A program made the position numbers and the translations under genes. Shown one piece after another: positions 12,046 to 25,129 of a stretch of 64,000 nucleotides of DNA. Under the pieces are notes generated by a model. It did no database searches. It worked only from the letters and a program-made list of their open reading frames with translations, and had not been told where the DNA came from. The stretch comes from Eledone cirrhosa (Eukaryota), in NCBI GenBank assembly GCA_964016885.1, contig OZ024742.1, forward strand, positions 179,614,001 to 179,678,000, in the 5' to 3' direction. The stretch's first letter is position 1. Every line of letters begins with the position of its first letter.

Positions 12046-12665
12046 TAGAAATAGCAACCGAATCCTTTCAACTGAGTTGTGTTTATTTTAAATACATATA
12101 TATGTCAATCAATTTCTAGTTGATATAAAATGCTCGGATCTATTCATTGGAATCTTTGAGCTTATTCTACGGTGGATATGGCGCATGTCTAGGACATGAC
12201 TCCCTTAATGTAACTAAATTTTGGATATATACACGGCCTCTTAATTGTAGAGCTAACTCAGTTGAAAGGATTGGGCTGCTATTTCTAGCTGTCGATAACC
12301 CTATCGACCACTGGGATGACGCTGGCACGATGTGTGTAGTTTTAGGGATGCAACCCGTGCGACCGGTCATTCGCAGATTTGCATTTGATGCGTAAACGCA
12401 GGCAGTTGAATCTTCTCCTTGCTGAAGATCCGTGTTTGACTACTGTGAGTTTACGGATTAATTGGTGAAATATATTTCTTTAATGAGATATATACAAGGA
12501 ATATTAATCATTTTTAAAAGGTAATATTTGAAGTTCTAGTTAAACTTTAATTAGTTACCTACCTAGTTATGTGTGCTTACACACTGTACAACTTATCCCC
12601 TGTGATTGTTTCATGTGTTTATTTTAAATATATATATATGTCAATCACTTTCTAGTTGGTATATA
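12046..12665 (+). mobile_element. HHR-bearing 536-bp unit with terminal direct repeat and 5' inverted piece
   Basis: tgtgtttattttaaata..tatgtcaatca at 12078 and 12614; 12046-12078 is an inverted copy of 12255-12287; ends in (TA)n; relatives at about 31740-31950 and 55630-55810. Confidence 0.75.
12416..12500 (+). ncRNA. Type I hammerhead ribozyme with extended stem II
   Basis: tccttg-CTGAAGA-(tccgtg..tacgga ttaattggt)-GAAA-tatatttc..gagatata-TA-caagga. Confidence 0.75.
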
Positions 12666-12727
12666 TATATATATATATATAAACGGTGATGATGGTGATG
12701 ACTTATATATAAACGGCGATGATGATG

Positions 12728-12804
<77 letters not shown>

Positions 12805-12820
12805 AATGTAGCATCCAGTT

Positions 12821-13600
<780 letters not shown>

Positions 13601-13659
13601 GTGTGTGGGGGGGGGGGGGGGGGGGGTCTGTGCGTGTGTGTGTCTGTGCGTGTCGTCGA

Positions 13660-14470
13660 AGCGACGTTGGGTAAAATATTACCTTGAAGGAAGGAAGAGA
13701 AGATAGGAAAGAGGGGAAAAAATGTATGAAAGTGAACAGGTCACAAACATTAAATTATGCACTTCAGATCTCAACCTCCTGCAGTTTCGACGAATTAATG
13801 AGATTACTGCAGGGAATAGGAGGCTCGTAAGGGAGAAACAAATATCTTCGTTCATATAATGTTTGTGTTGGGACAGGTTAGAGAGAGAGAGAGAAATATG
13901 AAGTGCATCTAATCGACTCCAAGTCGTGAGAAAGGAATAATATTGGCGTCAGTAGAGCTGGCCTGTAGAAGGGAGAGAGGAGAGGAAGAAGGTGACAGTG
14001 GGAGGGAGAAGGAGAAAGATAGGGAGCAATGAGAGAGAGCGGAGAGAAAGAAAGAATGAATGCACGGTGGACAGAGGAAGAGGGAAGAAAAGACAACTCA
14101 CTTCCAGCATGATATCAATACGCGTTAGAAGGCTTGGGTAGCTTTTGAAGGTATAAACAAATTAACTCGAAAATAGAGTTTTGAGACGCGAGTGTATTAG
14201 GAATCTCAGGGAAATGGGAAAACTTGGCCTATGGAAGCTGTTAGAACAGCAAAATGCCATCGAAGTGGCGTTGGGTAAAATATTACCCCGAAGGACAGAG
14301 ATCAGCGGCTAGATGTGAGTTGACTGGAAGGAAGGAAGAGAAGACAGGAAGGAGGAAAAAGAATGTATGAAAGTGAACAGGTCACAAACATTAAAATATG
14401 CTCTTCAGATCTCATTAATTCATTGAAACTGCAGAGGTTGAGATCTGAAGAGCATATTTTAATGTCTTGA
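13660..14470 (-). mobile_element. Non-coding unit with terminal direct repeat and short inverted end, degenerate HHR-like motif
   Basis: gttgggtaaaatattacc...gtatgaaagtgaacaggtcacaaacattaaa at about 13666-13772 and 14270-14412; inverted piece 14420-14465; minus strand CTTACGA..GAAACTGCAG. Confidence 0.55.
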
Positions 14471-14476
14471 TATATA

Positions 14477-14539
<63 letters not shown>

Positions 14540-14544
<5 letters not shown>

Positions 14545-14813
14545 AACCAGTAAGACCCCGACGGCTGAGCTCAAGCCGTTTCGACGGCTAATTCTGGACT
14601 CAAGTCCAGAATTAGCCGTCGAAACGGTTTGAGCTCAGCCGTCGGGGTCTTACTGGTTCCTATTACCCACTCTACTACCCTAAATATTGAGTACTTTGGT
14701 GCGTTATGGTCCACCTGGTTCCTTACCACATTTCCTTCGTTATATATATATATCAGTACAGAATTAGCCGTCGAAACGGCTTGAGCTCAGCCGTCGGGGT
14801 CTTACTTGTTCCT
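14540..14813 (+). mobile_element. Short fold-back + tail element (family B) plus a partial copy
   Basis: 60-bp arms (14541-14662), then tail attacccactctactaccc; relatives at 17731-17840 and 55855-56058. Confidence 0.75.
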
Positions 14814-14857
14814 ATATATATATATATATATATATACATTATGAAGAGAGAAGAAAC

Positions 14858-14897
<40 letters not shown>

Positions 14898-14903
<6 letters not shown>

Positions 14904-15627
14904 GAAAGGTATAGAAATAGTTTTAGCGAGAAGCCAACAGTATTCCATAACATATATGCGACTATGTCGTCAAGATGGGAAAAATAGTTAACGTAAGATG
15001 TAGGAAAAATAATTCAAACTCATCTCAAAAGAGAATCAGGATACAAATTCATCCACAGAATTTAGTGAAATCCAGTGAAAAATCAATAGACCCTTAACTC
15101 ATGATAAAATAAAGTTTAAAATACTTATCCTTCAATTTGGAAAAACATCAAATGCTCTGTATAGTCTTAAAGACTATTTCATGAAAACTTTCAGTGGAGA
15201 TGGTCACGGTTGGATTTCAATCGTCAGCAGAGCTCAACAGATAACCAGGGCTACCACAGAATTATAAGCCAAAAAGGGAATTCTAAAACTGGCTAGTTCA
15301 CCATCATGCGTGATTATGAAAATCGCACATGATGAAAAACGGGGCTAGTGACGTCAGGATGAAAATGAATGTTTGTTTACAAGAAATAACAGTCAAATAC
15401 ATTCCGAAAAAAAACTCTACAAAAGGAGTTCAGCAAACAGCAATATTATCGCAGTTTTTATAAAAAAACCGGGATTAGTCACAGATAATTTAAGCACTCA
15501 AGGAAAAGAATCCGAGTATAAGTATAAATGAAAGGTATAGAAATTGTTTTAGCGAGAAGCTAATAGTATTCTATAACATATATGCGACTATGTCGTCAAG
15601 ATGGGAAAAATAGTTAACGTAAGATGT
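14898..15627 (-). mobile_element. Retrozyme-like element: one ~625-bp unit plus a ~105-bp terminal repeat
   Basis: tataaatgaaaggtatagaa at about 14898 and 15523; diverged reverse complement of 57873-59025, with the same terminus at (TA)n. Confidence 0.85.
15154..15233 (-). ncRNA. Type I hammerhead ribozyme
   Basis: gctctg-CTGACGA-ttgaaa..tttcat-GAAA-tagtct tta agacta-TA-cagagc. Confidence 0.85.
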
Positions 15628-15872
15628 TATATATTAGTGGCGAAGGGTAACCTGGAAAGCAGGGCATGCAGTCCAATCGCCATGGCAGAAAGTAGGGCTG
15701 TGAAGCCTTAACCCCCCCCCCCCCCCATTCCCTCTAAATGACCCTCCCGGTCAAAGCCGCATGTAGTGTTATATAGTGTGTGTGTGTGTTATCTTTTACT
15801 GTGTCTACGATTTAGCAAGCAGCCAAAATTCTGCTTGCTTCAACCGACACTGTTGTGTGTTTGTGTGTGTGT

Positions 15873-15943
<71 letters not shown>

Positions 15944-16048
15944 CTTTTTATGTTTCTACGATTTAGTAAGCAGCCAACATTCTGCTTGCTTCAACCGACG
16001 TAATTGATCAACTCAAGATTCTATAACGCATGCACGCACCCTTCGCCC

Positions 16049-16085
<37 letters not shown>

Positions 16086-16851
16086 CCAATATTGGAAGAA
16101 TATTCTGTCTTCAGGGAGAAAGTCTTTAGAAGTAGAGAATCTATTGAATAGATATGATACAGTCAAAGCAGCATGGTGCATCAACTAATGTGTGTCATTC
16201 AACTACTACATGAACATATATCTCTCTACTCTTGGGTCGCAAATAATCGCCCCTCCCCCACATTTATTAATTTTTCAGATTTTTTCCAATCGTCCCTCCT
16301 TTTATTCCACCACCACAATCACCACTATTTTTTTAATTTTGCTAATCTATCTCCGGCAAAATTTATTCTATGTAGTAGCATTCCTGCCACTACATAACAA
16401 CATTATACATGACAAAATAGTACATAACTAGAAATCCCATACATTAAAAATAAATAGGATGGGTTGGCGCCTCAATATGTAAACTAAACGACTAATTCTG
16501 GTTTTTAAAACATCAACGGAGACAACCTAAAAAATAATCGATTTTCCACTCCCACTATTATTTAGAATCCGAGAGTATATCTCTCTATATATCAGGACTA
16601 TATGACAGATTTTAATGATGCTAAAAATAGTACATCAAACCCGTCTAAATCTACTCAACAATGGGGGAGTAGTGGACTTATTTTAGTTTGCTTAACTCAT
16701 ATCATCCAACAGAGATTTTTGTTTAAGTTATAGATGTTCATGTATAATATTAATGGGTTTAATAGAAGTTGCAGTCGCACTATATCATCGAATTGTTAGC
16801 AATAGCATTTAATGAAGTGAGAAATTATATTTTCACCTAGAGTAAGTGATA

Positions 16852-17049
16852 GAGTTAATGAGGTGTGACACAAAAGATAAGGCGACCAAAAGCACGTTTC
16901 CACAATAATACAACATCGATATTTACAAACAGGTTGAATTCATCCTGTTTGTATATATCGATGGTGTATTATTGTGGCAAATAAAGAAAGCATTATTGTG
17001 GCAAAATGCTTTTGGTCACCTTGTTCCTCATGTAAAACTTCATTAACTT
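16852..17049. repeat. Degenerate long palindrome
   Basis: ccacaataatacaacatcgatat..acaaacagg / cctgtttgt..atatcgatggtgtattattgtgg; outer arms gaccaaaagca/tgcttttggtc and agttaatga/tcattaact. Confidence 0.65.
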
Positions 17050-17059
17050 TACATATATA

Positions 17060-17272
17060 TATATTTATTAAAATAACAGATTAAAGTTTAAGCAAAGAAT
17101 CGCTGCTTTCACCCTTAACGGGATCTTCTGAAACTCAGCAGCGATTCTTTGCTTAAACTTTAATCTGTTATATTAATAAATATTTGCTCTACGGGTCTTA
17201 TATATTTGATATATATTTATCCTTATCGAGCCCTCTTTGGATTTTAGTCTTCTAATTTATTATTATTACTAT
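17060..17272. mobile_element. Short fold-back + tail element with an HHR-like centre
   Basis: Arms 17061-17107 / 17137-17183; centre on the minus strand reads CAGAAGA-tccc gtta aggg t-GAAA-gc; tail tatcgagccctctt..ggattttagtcttc is repeated at 57720-57772. Confidence 0.6.
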
Positions 17273-17866
17273 ATATATATATATATATATATTATTCATT
17301 ATTTAAGTGGTCTATATTAGATGAAGGGATTGTTAGTTCGAATCATGGGGGTTGTTTAGCTTTCACAGATCCAATAACAAATTATGCATGAATAAGACAG
17401 CAATAATATAGGTAATAAGGTAATACAGAGGTTAAGAAAGCAAGGTATATATAGAGAGAACATGATGAATACTATTACGGATACATTAGAGTGTTCATTA
17501 TAACAACAGGAGGAAGGTGATATTTCAAGGACTGTGGTAGTAGTCAAATAATGTACTTAGAATTAAGTTCATCTGTTGAAGATCAAGAGTGAAGAGGTGG
17601 TGTTGACAGCAGCCGAGAAGAGATATATTTATGGATTGATAAGATGTTTGCAGACATTACTGTGGTATAGAATTAAAAAGGTTAGAAGCTATTTAAAGAA
17701 TATTATAGTTCTGTAGTGGTCTAAAATCTTAGTCCAGAATTAGCCGTCGAAACGGCTTGAGCTCAGCCGTCGGGGTCCTACTTAGGGTAGTAGAGTGGGT
17801 AATAGGACCGAGTAGGACCCCGACGGCTGAGCTCAACCGGTTCATGATTCGAACTAACAATCCCTT

Positions 17867-18130
17867 TGTAGTGGCTGAGATGGTCGCTTGGTAGCTAGCA
17901 GTTGCCTCCCCTTAACAACCCTTCAGGGAAGGGAGGCAAAAATACACCCGGACACAGCCACAGGTTCACTCACTTTTTTGGGACCACGGACATGAACAGA
18001 CGTGGAAAGATCCGCTCCTCAAAATATTGACGTTGTAGGAAATTTACTAAATTATTGCATTAAATAAAATGATTGTTAGACTTGATTGTGCATTTATTTA
18101 TTCGACAAAGAGAAACATCATTTTTCTTTA
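17867..18130 (+). repeat. 5' LTR (TG...TA)
   Basis: Direct repeat of 23029-23292; contains AATAAA; followed by the PBS. Confidence 0.95.
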
Positions 18131-18660
18131 TTGGCGACCCTGACGATAAAGAATGAAAACGCAGCCTATTGGAATCCGAAATTCTTTTTAACGGCAATGT
18201 GGAATGGCTTAACATTTGGAATGTCCGAATCACTTAGCGTAAGTCCATAAAATTCATTATATTCCATTTGTTATACCACGCATACAGACAAATACAAAAA
18301 TACAACACACAACAAAAAAAAAAAAAAAAAAAAAGGATTTCTCTGGAAATAGAATTTTGCTTCCAACATTCTGTGGAAATTACAAATGGAGATATTTCGT
18401 TTTCCCGCGTTCAGCTTGTCTTCTCCAATCCCAGCCATCTGATTGGCTGCATCGTGCCTCATGACGGCTTCATCACGGACACATTTTTAAACCAGCCATC
18501 TTGGATTTTCTTACCATTAATTTTCATAGAAAATGATTTTTTTTTATTATTAAAATTTTCTTTAGAATATTTTTTTTTAAAGAAAAAAATTACCAGCAAT
18601 CAGCAGCAACACCTGGCTAACTATTGACCAACACCAAAAAGTCATCAAATACGTGGCACC

Positions 18661-19446
18661 ATGAGTCAACATCATTTGCCGTCCTTCGCAGGCGACATCA
18701 AGTTGTGGTTTGCGCAGCTGGAATGTTTCTTCGAATTGACGAAGACAAAGGAACAGCATAAGCTGAAGGTCCTGATCAATGGCCTACCTGTTTCCTTGGC
18801 ATTCTCGGTGAAGGACGTTGTGACGGATTTAGACGCCGACGTTACCTACGGCTCATTAAAAAAAGAAATCCTTCGCCGAAATACCAAGTCGGTAGAGAGC
18901 CGTTTTCGGGAGTTGTTGGACGATGCTCAAATGGGTGACAGGAAGCCGAGCTCCTATTTGCGACATTTGCGGGAGTTGAGCGACTCCCAGGGGATTGACA
19001 CCCCCTTCATAAAGCAACTTTTTTTCTCACGCCTACCACCAAGTGCGCAAAGAATATTGGTCAATAGTTTAGAGAAGGATTCATTAGAGCAACTTGCCGC
19101 GTCCGCGGATAAGATACTTGAGGTGGACTCGAACAGCAATCAGCATAATCCTTATGTGGCTTCAGCGTGCGTTCCTCCACGCAGTTCTTCTGTGGCCGAC
19201 GGCAAACTGTTGGAGTTGATTGAAGCTCTCACCAAAAAGGTAGAAGATTTGACGGTACATCACAGAGAGCCTTCTCAACGTTTGAGGTATCGTTCGCCGC
19301 CGTCCTCTATTCATCGCCAGCACTACAACGCAGGCAACAATAATTCTTCGTTGTGTTGGTACCATGCTAACTTCGGCAGTAGGGCGCAACGTTGTCGCAC
19401 GCCCTGTGATTACAAGAGATCGGGAAACGCAAAGCAGAGCCACTAG
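18661..19446 (+). CDS. gag: Gag with CHCC zinc knuckle
   Basis: LPSF..IKLWFAQLECFF, MGDRKPSSYLRHL, CWYHANFGSRAQRCRTPC; intact 261 aa. Confidence 0.92.
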   Translation: MSQHHLPSFAGDIKLWFAQLECFFELTKTKEQHKLKVLINGLPVSLAFSVKDVVTDLDADVTYGSLKKEILRRNTKSVESRFRELLDDAQMGDRKPSSYLRHLRELSDSQGIDTPFIKQLFFSRLPPSAQRILVNSLEKDSLEQLAASADKILEVDSNSNQHNPYVASACVPPRSSSVADGKLLELIEALTKKVEDLTVHHREPSQRLRYRSPPSSIHRQHYNAGNNNSSLCWYHANFGSRAQRCRTPCDYKRSGNAKQSH

Positions 19447-19466
19447 GAGCGGCTAGTGAACTCTGG
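19422..19466 (+). promoter_or_regulatory. -1 ribosomal frameshift signal (G GGA AAC + stem-loop)
   Basis: Slippery heptamer at 19422-19428 in the gag frame; hairpin cagag c cactag-gagcgg-ctagtg aa ctctg; the -1 frame is open into the protease FLVDTGAS. Confidence 0.85.
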
Positions 19467-22400
19467 GAAAACCGACCGAACCGCCATCTTTTCGTATACG
19501 ACCTGCGGTCAAAAAAATTTTTCCTTGTCGATACTGGCGCGTCGCTGAGTATTTGGCCAGTCAGTTATCTCAAAAAAAGCCCAGCCGAAGCAGATATAAA
19601 TCTACGAGCAGTCAACCACACGGCCATTCGAACGTACGGGCAAATTTCGCTTCCTCTTCGGTTAAAAAATTTGCGGCGTGATTTGAGGTGGAAGTTTACT
19701 ATCGCCGACTTGCCATACGCCATTTTGGGAGCGGATTTTCTCCACCATTTTTCCTTGTTGGTGGACATTCGCAGACAACGCCTTGTTGATGCTGAAACAG
19801 GCCTTTCTTTCGAGGGTTCAGAGCCGGACGTCGCCACCGTCAGCCCTTCCTTTTTCTTGGCTGAAGTGGGCAACCAGTATCAAAGCCTGCTACATTCATT
19901 CCCTCAGTTGACGCAGGGAAAGTTACGAATAACTAGCCCGGATCATGCGATTGAACACTTCATATCCACTACAGGTCCACCTGTTTTCTCACGTCCTCGA
20001 AGATTGTCTACAGAGAAGTTGAAAGCTGCACGTCTTGAATTCGACCACATGCTGGAATTGGGAATAATTCGGCGCTCCACAAGTCCTTGGGCATCACCTC
20101 TACATATGGTACCTAGATCTTCTGGGGATTGGAGACCGACGCTTAAACGCGATTACTGTGCCTGACCGTTATCCAATCCCGCATTTGCAGGATTTTGCGT
20201 CGTCATTGCAGGGTTGCAGAATCTTTTCTAAGCTTGATTTGATCCGCGCTTATAATCAAATTCCGGTTAACGAGGAGGATATCCCAAAGACTGCTATTGC
20301 CACTCCTTTCGGATCGTTCGAGTTCCTCACTATGCCTTTCGGCCTTAGAAACGCTGCAAGTACCTTCCAACGATTTATGGATGATATTACTCGGGGCCTG
20401 GATTTTGTGTACACGTATATCGACGACGTGTTGATTGCTAGTTCTTCCCCTCAGCAGCATTCAAAGCATCTGGATCTCGTATTTCGTCGTTTACAGAGAT
20501 ATAATGTTCGAATTAATGCTTCCAAGTGTGTTTTCGGCTCGACTTCACTAACATTTTTAGGCCATCTGATTGACGCCGATGGTATTCGACCTCTTCCTGA
20601 GAAGGCTAAGGCAGTATCGGATTTGCCTCCGCCAAGTTCACTGCGTCAATTGCGTCAATTCCTGGGCCTTGTAAATTTTTATAGGCGATTCGTACCTGGT
20701 TGTTCCAAATTGCTGTTCTCGTTGACAGAGATTTTTAAGGGTTGCCGGCGTAAGAATATGGACATTTCCTTAAATAAAACGCAGCTTGATGATTTTAAAA
20801 AAGTGAAAAAGGCGTTAGCGAACGCGTCTTTGCTCGCCCACCCAGTACCCAACGCCGAGCTATCGCTCTGTGTTGATGCTTCGGATAGCGCCGTGGGCGC
20901 AGTCTTACAGCAGAAGGGTGATGGGGTACAGCAACCACTCGAGTTCTTTTCGAGGAAGTTAAAGCCTGCAGAAACTCGCTATAGCACCTTTGGAAGGGAG
21001 CTATTAGCAATTTATTTATCAGTGAAACATTTTGCTCATGTACTTGAAGGTAGAACATTCACCATTTTCACTGATCATAAACCCTTGACGTTTGCTCTTC
21101 GAACTAAGGCAGACAAATACTCGCCCAGAGAAACGAGACATCTGGACTTCATCTCACAGTTCACGAACGACATTCAACATATTCCGGGTTCTTTGAATAC
21201 AGCGGCCGATGCGCTGTCTCGCCTGCCGATCGCATCGATTTCGTCTTCCGAGGAGATAGATTTACATCGAATAGCAGCTGCCCAACCCACTCTCGAATCG
21301 TTGGATGTTACATCGCCAGAGTTTGTACATTGCAAACTGAAATACATTCCGATCTCAACTGCTGACGGACAGATACTGTGTGATGTTTCGTTGGACTCAC
21401 CACGACCTCTAGTCCCAGTGGAACATCGACGAACTGCGTTTCTCGCTTTACATGGCATTTCTCACCCAGGAGTATCAGCCTCAGTAAAACTCATAACAGC
21501 CAGATTTTTCTGGCCTGGTATGAGACGTGACATTGCTGCTTGGTGTCGTTCCTGTGTCGCTTGCCAACAAGCGAAAGTTCATAGACATGTTAAGGCTCCT
21601 CTCGGAACCTTCACCTGCCCCGATGCAAGATTTCGTCACATTCATGTGGACATCGTCGGCCCGTGGCCGGTTAGTCGTGGTTTTTCGTATCTTTTGACGA
21701 TTGTTGACCGTTTTTCGCGTTGGCCTGAAGCCGTCCCTATAACAGATATCACCGCCGAAACCACAGCCCGTACCCTCGTATCTTCGTGGATAGCTCGTTT
21801 CGGTGTACCAACCACCATAACAACGGATCGTGGTCGTCAATTCGAGTCTAACCTCTTCTGAGAGCTAACCCAAATCCTGGGGGCTACTCGAATAAGAACC
21901 ACGGCTTACCACCCAGCCTCAAACGGAATGGTGGAAAGATTCCACAGGCAGCTCAAAGCCTCCTTAAGGGCTTCCATGGACTCTTCACGTTGGAGCGAGT
22001 ACCTACCCATTGTATTGTTGGGTATTCGGTCGACGGTAAAGGTGGACCTTGGGTTCTCCTCTGCCGAATTAGTTTATGGTACGCCTCTGGCGTTACCGGG
22101 GCAAATGCTGGCCCCTTTTGACCTGACTTCGCAGGACCCCGCTTCCTACGTGTCCCGGCTGCACTCTTATTTCAAGGATCTACCACCGATGGGCACTAGG
22201 AAGCAGACTGTAAAAACTGCCGTCCCAAGGGATATTGCCTTGTGGACCCATGTGTTCGTTAGAGACGACGCCGTGAGACCCCCTCTTCAACGGCCGTACT
22301 CTGGACCCTATCGTGTGCTTGCTCGCACAGACAAACATTTCACACTGGACATTCGGGGTTCCAGGGAAACGGTTTCCGTTGATCGTCTCAAACGAGCAAA

Positions 22401-22563
22401 CCTGGACAATGACACAATGACACTTGAAACTCAAATGCCCCCCTCTTTTTCTTTGCCACACAGGCCTATTTCTTCCCCTCCCCCACCATCAACACACAGA
22501 ACTACGACCCGTTCTGGGCGAAGGGTGCATTGGCCCCGTAAGCTATGCAGTAATATAAACTGA
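19422..22563 (+). pseudogene. pol: Pol (protease, RT, RNase H, integrase) with two lesions
   Basis: DTGAS; [10 protein letters not shown]; MPFGLRNA; YIDDVLI; DASD; TDHKPL; HGISHPG..CVAC; TTDRGRQF; GMVERFHR. Frameshifting loss of the GDYR motif near 20140 and TGA at 21859-21861. Confidence 0.92.
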
Positions 22564-22564
22564 A

Positions 22565-22596
<32 letters not shown>

Positions 22597-23028
22597 CCTT
22601 CCAATTGTTTTTGTTGTACATTGCATTTTGTTACTTTTGGATTCTTGACTGCCTCCGGCAGTGTCAATATATTATATTTTGCGTAACATTACGACTGTTG
22701 TCAATTCTGACACAGTCCCTTTTTTTTTAGTGCATTTTTATAACTATGCTACATATGGCATTTTCATTGCCTAGCAAAACATTTTTTTTCTTGTTTATCG
22801 CATCTGGGGCCCCTTTATTGCGAAGAATGTTATCTTTTCATGCATTTTGCATCTTTTACTGTACGTTTTTTTTTTTTTTTTTTTTTTTCTGTGTTAATGC
22901 TTGCAGACATGAACCTATTTATTATTTTTTTTTAATTTTTAATTTGTTGATACATCCTTCTACATTTTGTAAACTACCTTCGCTTCATTGTTAACGATTT
23001 TGCGACAAAAAATCTGCTCCGAGGTGAA

Positions 23029-23292
23029 TGTAGTGGCTGAGATGGTCGCTTGGTAGCTAGCAGTTGCCTCCCCTTAACAACCCTTCAGGGAAGGGAGGCA
23101 AAAATACACCCGGACACAGCCACAGGTTCACTCACTTTTTTGGGACCACGGACATGAACGGACGTGGAAAGATCCGCTCCTCAAAATATTGACGTTGTAG
23201 GAAATTTACTAAATTATTGCATTAAATAAAATGATTGTTAGACTTGATTGTGCATTTATTTATTCGACAAAGAGAAACATCATTTTTCTTTA
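23029..23292 (+). repeat. 3' LTR
   Basis: Matches the 5' LTR except gaacGgac vs gaacAgac; followed by TSD CCTT. Confidence 0.95.
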
Positions 23293-23694
23293 CCTTCATC
23301 TAATATAGACCACTTAAATAATGAATCCGCTTTACACCACATAAAGATTACCATCTTCACTACAATGAAAATATTTTATCTGTCAGATAATAAATAAATC
23401 TTACGGTCAGCAAACCTACAGTAAAGTAAATAGTCCATTATTTCAAGCCCCAAGTTATGTCTACACTATATATAATATACACCATGACAGCTTTTACATG
23501 TCAATTTCATACATCTGTTTCATATCAACTTGTTTTACATGCTAAAGTCATCAGTATACTCTATTTCTTACTTAGATTAATGTTGTGATTATTTTAATTA
23601 TTTACTAGCTAATTTATTTGAGTATTGTTATTATTGTTCTGATTTAATGCCACTACTGTATATAGAAGCCATGCCTGTGTATTTCCTTCATTCT

Positions 23695-23811
23695 CGCATG
23701 CTCAGACGAATAGACTGGTTATAACAAAGTATTGGTGATCGATTGACGCAAAAACGGGCGGGTAGCGATCTCTAGACCTATCAGTTCAGAGAAACAATTG
23801 TCAGCAATGTG
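23695..23811 (+). ncRNA. HHR-like motif with 81-nt stem II (core U4 mutated)
   Basis: gcatgct-CAGACGA-81 nt (actggt/atcagt, gatcg/cgatc pairing)-GAAAC-AATT-GTC-agcaatgt, followed by AATAAA. Confidence 0.65.
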
Positions 23812-24076
23812 AATAAAGCCCTCATTTTATAGCAAACCATGTCACTCTTCTTTCTTGATTTATTATTACTCCAAGTGTAAACTATATAGAAATCACCACG
23901 TACTCGCAGCATCACTATGGAAACGTCTTGTTGAGTCAAACTTAGCCAAGCGTTAATACTATCCACTACACGGAGTACCCTAACTGGACTACATCTAAGT
24001 GGACTACCTATAACAATAATTTGCTATCCCGTATATGATTATATATATATAGAGAGAAATATAGATATCTATACAT

Positions 24077-24297
24077 AATTGTTTCTTATATAGGCACAAG
24101 GCCAGCAATTTTTGAGGAGGGGAAAGTCGATTAAATCGACCCCAGTGCGTGACTGGTACTTTATTTTATCGACCCCGTAAGGATGAAAGGCAAAGTTAAC
24201 CTCGGCGGGATTTGAACTCAGATCATAAAGGACCGTACCTCTATGCTACAAAGCATCGCGTCCGGCCCTCTACCGATACTGCCAATCCACCGCCCTT
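24077..24297 (-). mobile_element. tRNA-type SINE
   Basis: Same family as 9515-9702, reverse complement. Confidence 0.9.
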
Positions 24298-24432
24298 ACA
24301 TAATATAAGAGAAAGATGTTTATTGGTTGGTTGAATCACACAAAAACTACACACACACACATCTAAAGAGAGGGAGGCAGAAAGAGAGATATAGGCCGTT
24401 ATACAAAGAACGGTACAATTAAAGTGTTAGAT

Positions 24433-24463
<31 letters not shown>

Positions 24464-24605
24464 ATAAGTAACATCTCACGGAAGTCTAGAAATGGCTTAA
24501 ACTATAGATCCTTTGATCTATAGGAAGCTTTAACAATATTGTGTTAGCTTTTATAAATTCGTTTTACAGTCTTTGATTTTACAGGAGAAAGAAAAATTGA
24601 TACTA

Positions 24606-25090
24606 CTAGCAGAAAAACCGCCCTAGGGTGGTTTTCTGCGAGCATGTCTAGAGTGTATATTGATATTATACATGTAGATATGATACATCAAATAAAATCG
24701 TAATTGACAATATACACAGAAATTGAACGAAGTCTATGTTACACTGTCTTCTGTAATCAATAAAGTAATCCACGATACATTAAAAAAAAAGACGATAATA
24801 TATATAAACTGTATTAGGAGAAAATTAGCGACGGAAATATATGCGATATTTTTATAAGTGTTATAATATAACGGCCGCTAACCGGAAGTGTTGACATTTG
24901 AAAATTTTAAAGAAGTGAATCTTTAAATAAGCTATAAAATATATTTAATCAACAGCCACGAAATTTAGCACATAAATTTTGTAATAGTCATTATGTATTT
25001 ATTCAAAGTAATCCAACTTATTTTACAAACGGGGTAAAAAAAAAATATTTTGGTCGCAGTCCCGCACTCCATTCTTTATTATAGTTAAGA
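24606..25090 (-). mobile_element. Non-autonomous Helitron
   Basis: Minus strand starts TCttaactataataaagaatg and ends with hairpin gcagaaaaccaccctagggcggtttttctg-CTAG, between A and T. Confidence 0.65.
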
Positions 25091-25129
25091 TTTAAAATTA
25101 ATCCCCCCCCCCCTCCAGCTTTTATCCAT

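Larger units (their letters stand above)
17867..23292 (+). mobile_element. Full-length Gypsy LTR retrotransposon (CsRn1-like)
   Basis: 264-bp LTRs at 17867-18130 and 23029-23292 differing at one position; 4-bp TSD CCTT; PBS tggcgaccctgacg (tRNA-Trp-like); gag-PR-RT-RH-INT order. Confidence 0.97.

Noticed and set aside
17350-17730. Possible coding remnant on the minus strand
   Set aside because: Only a weak LFNSIP-like resemblance to LINE C-termini and several stops; not assignable.
23781-24007. Minus-strand ORF with an upstream AG as a possible host exon 4
   Set aside because: The required phase gives an immediate stop, and the region overlaps the tail of a plus-strand HHR element.
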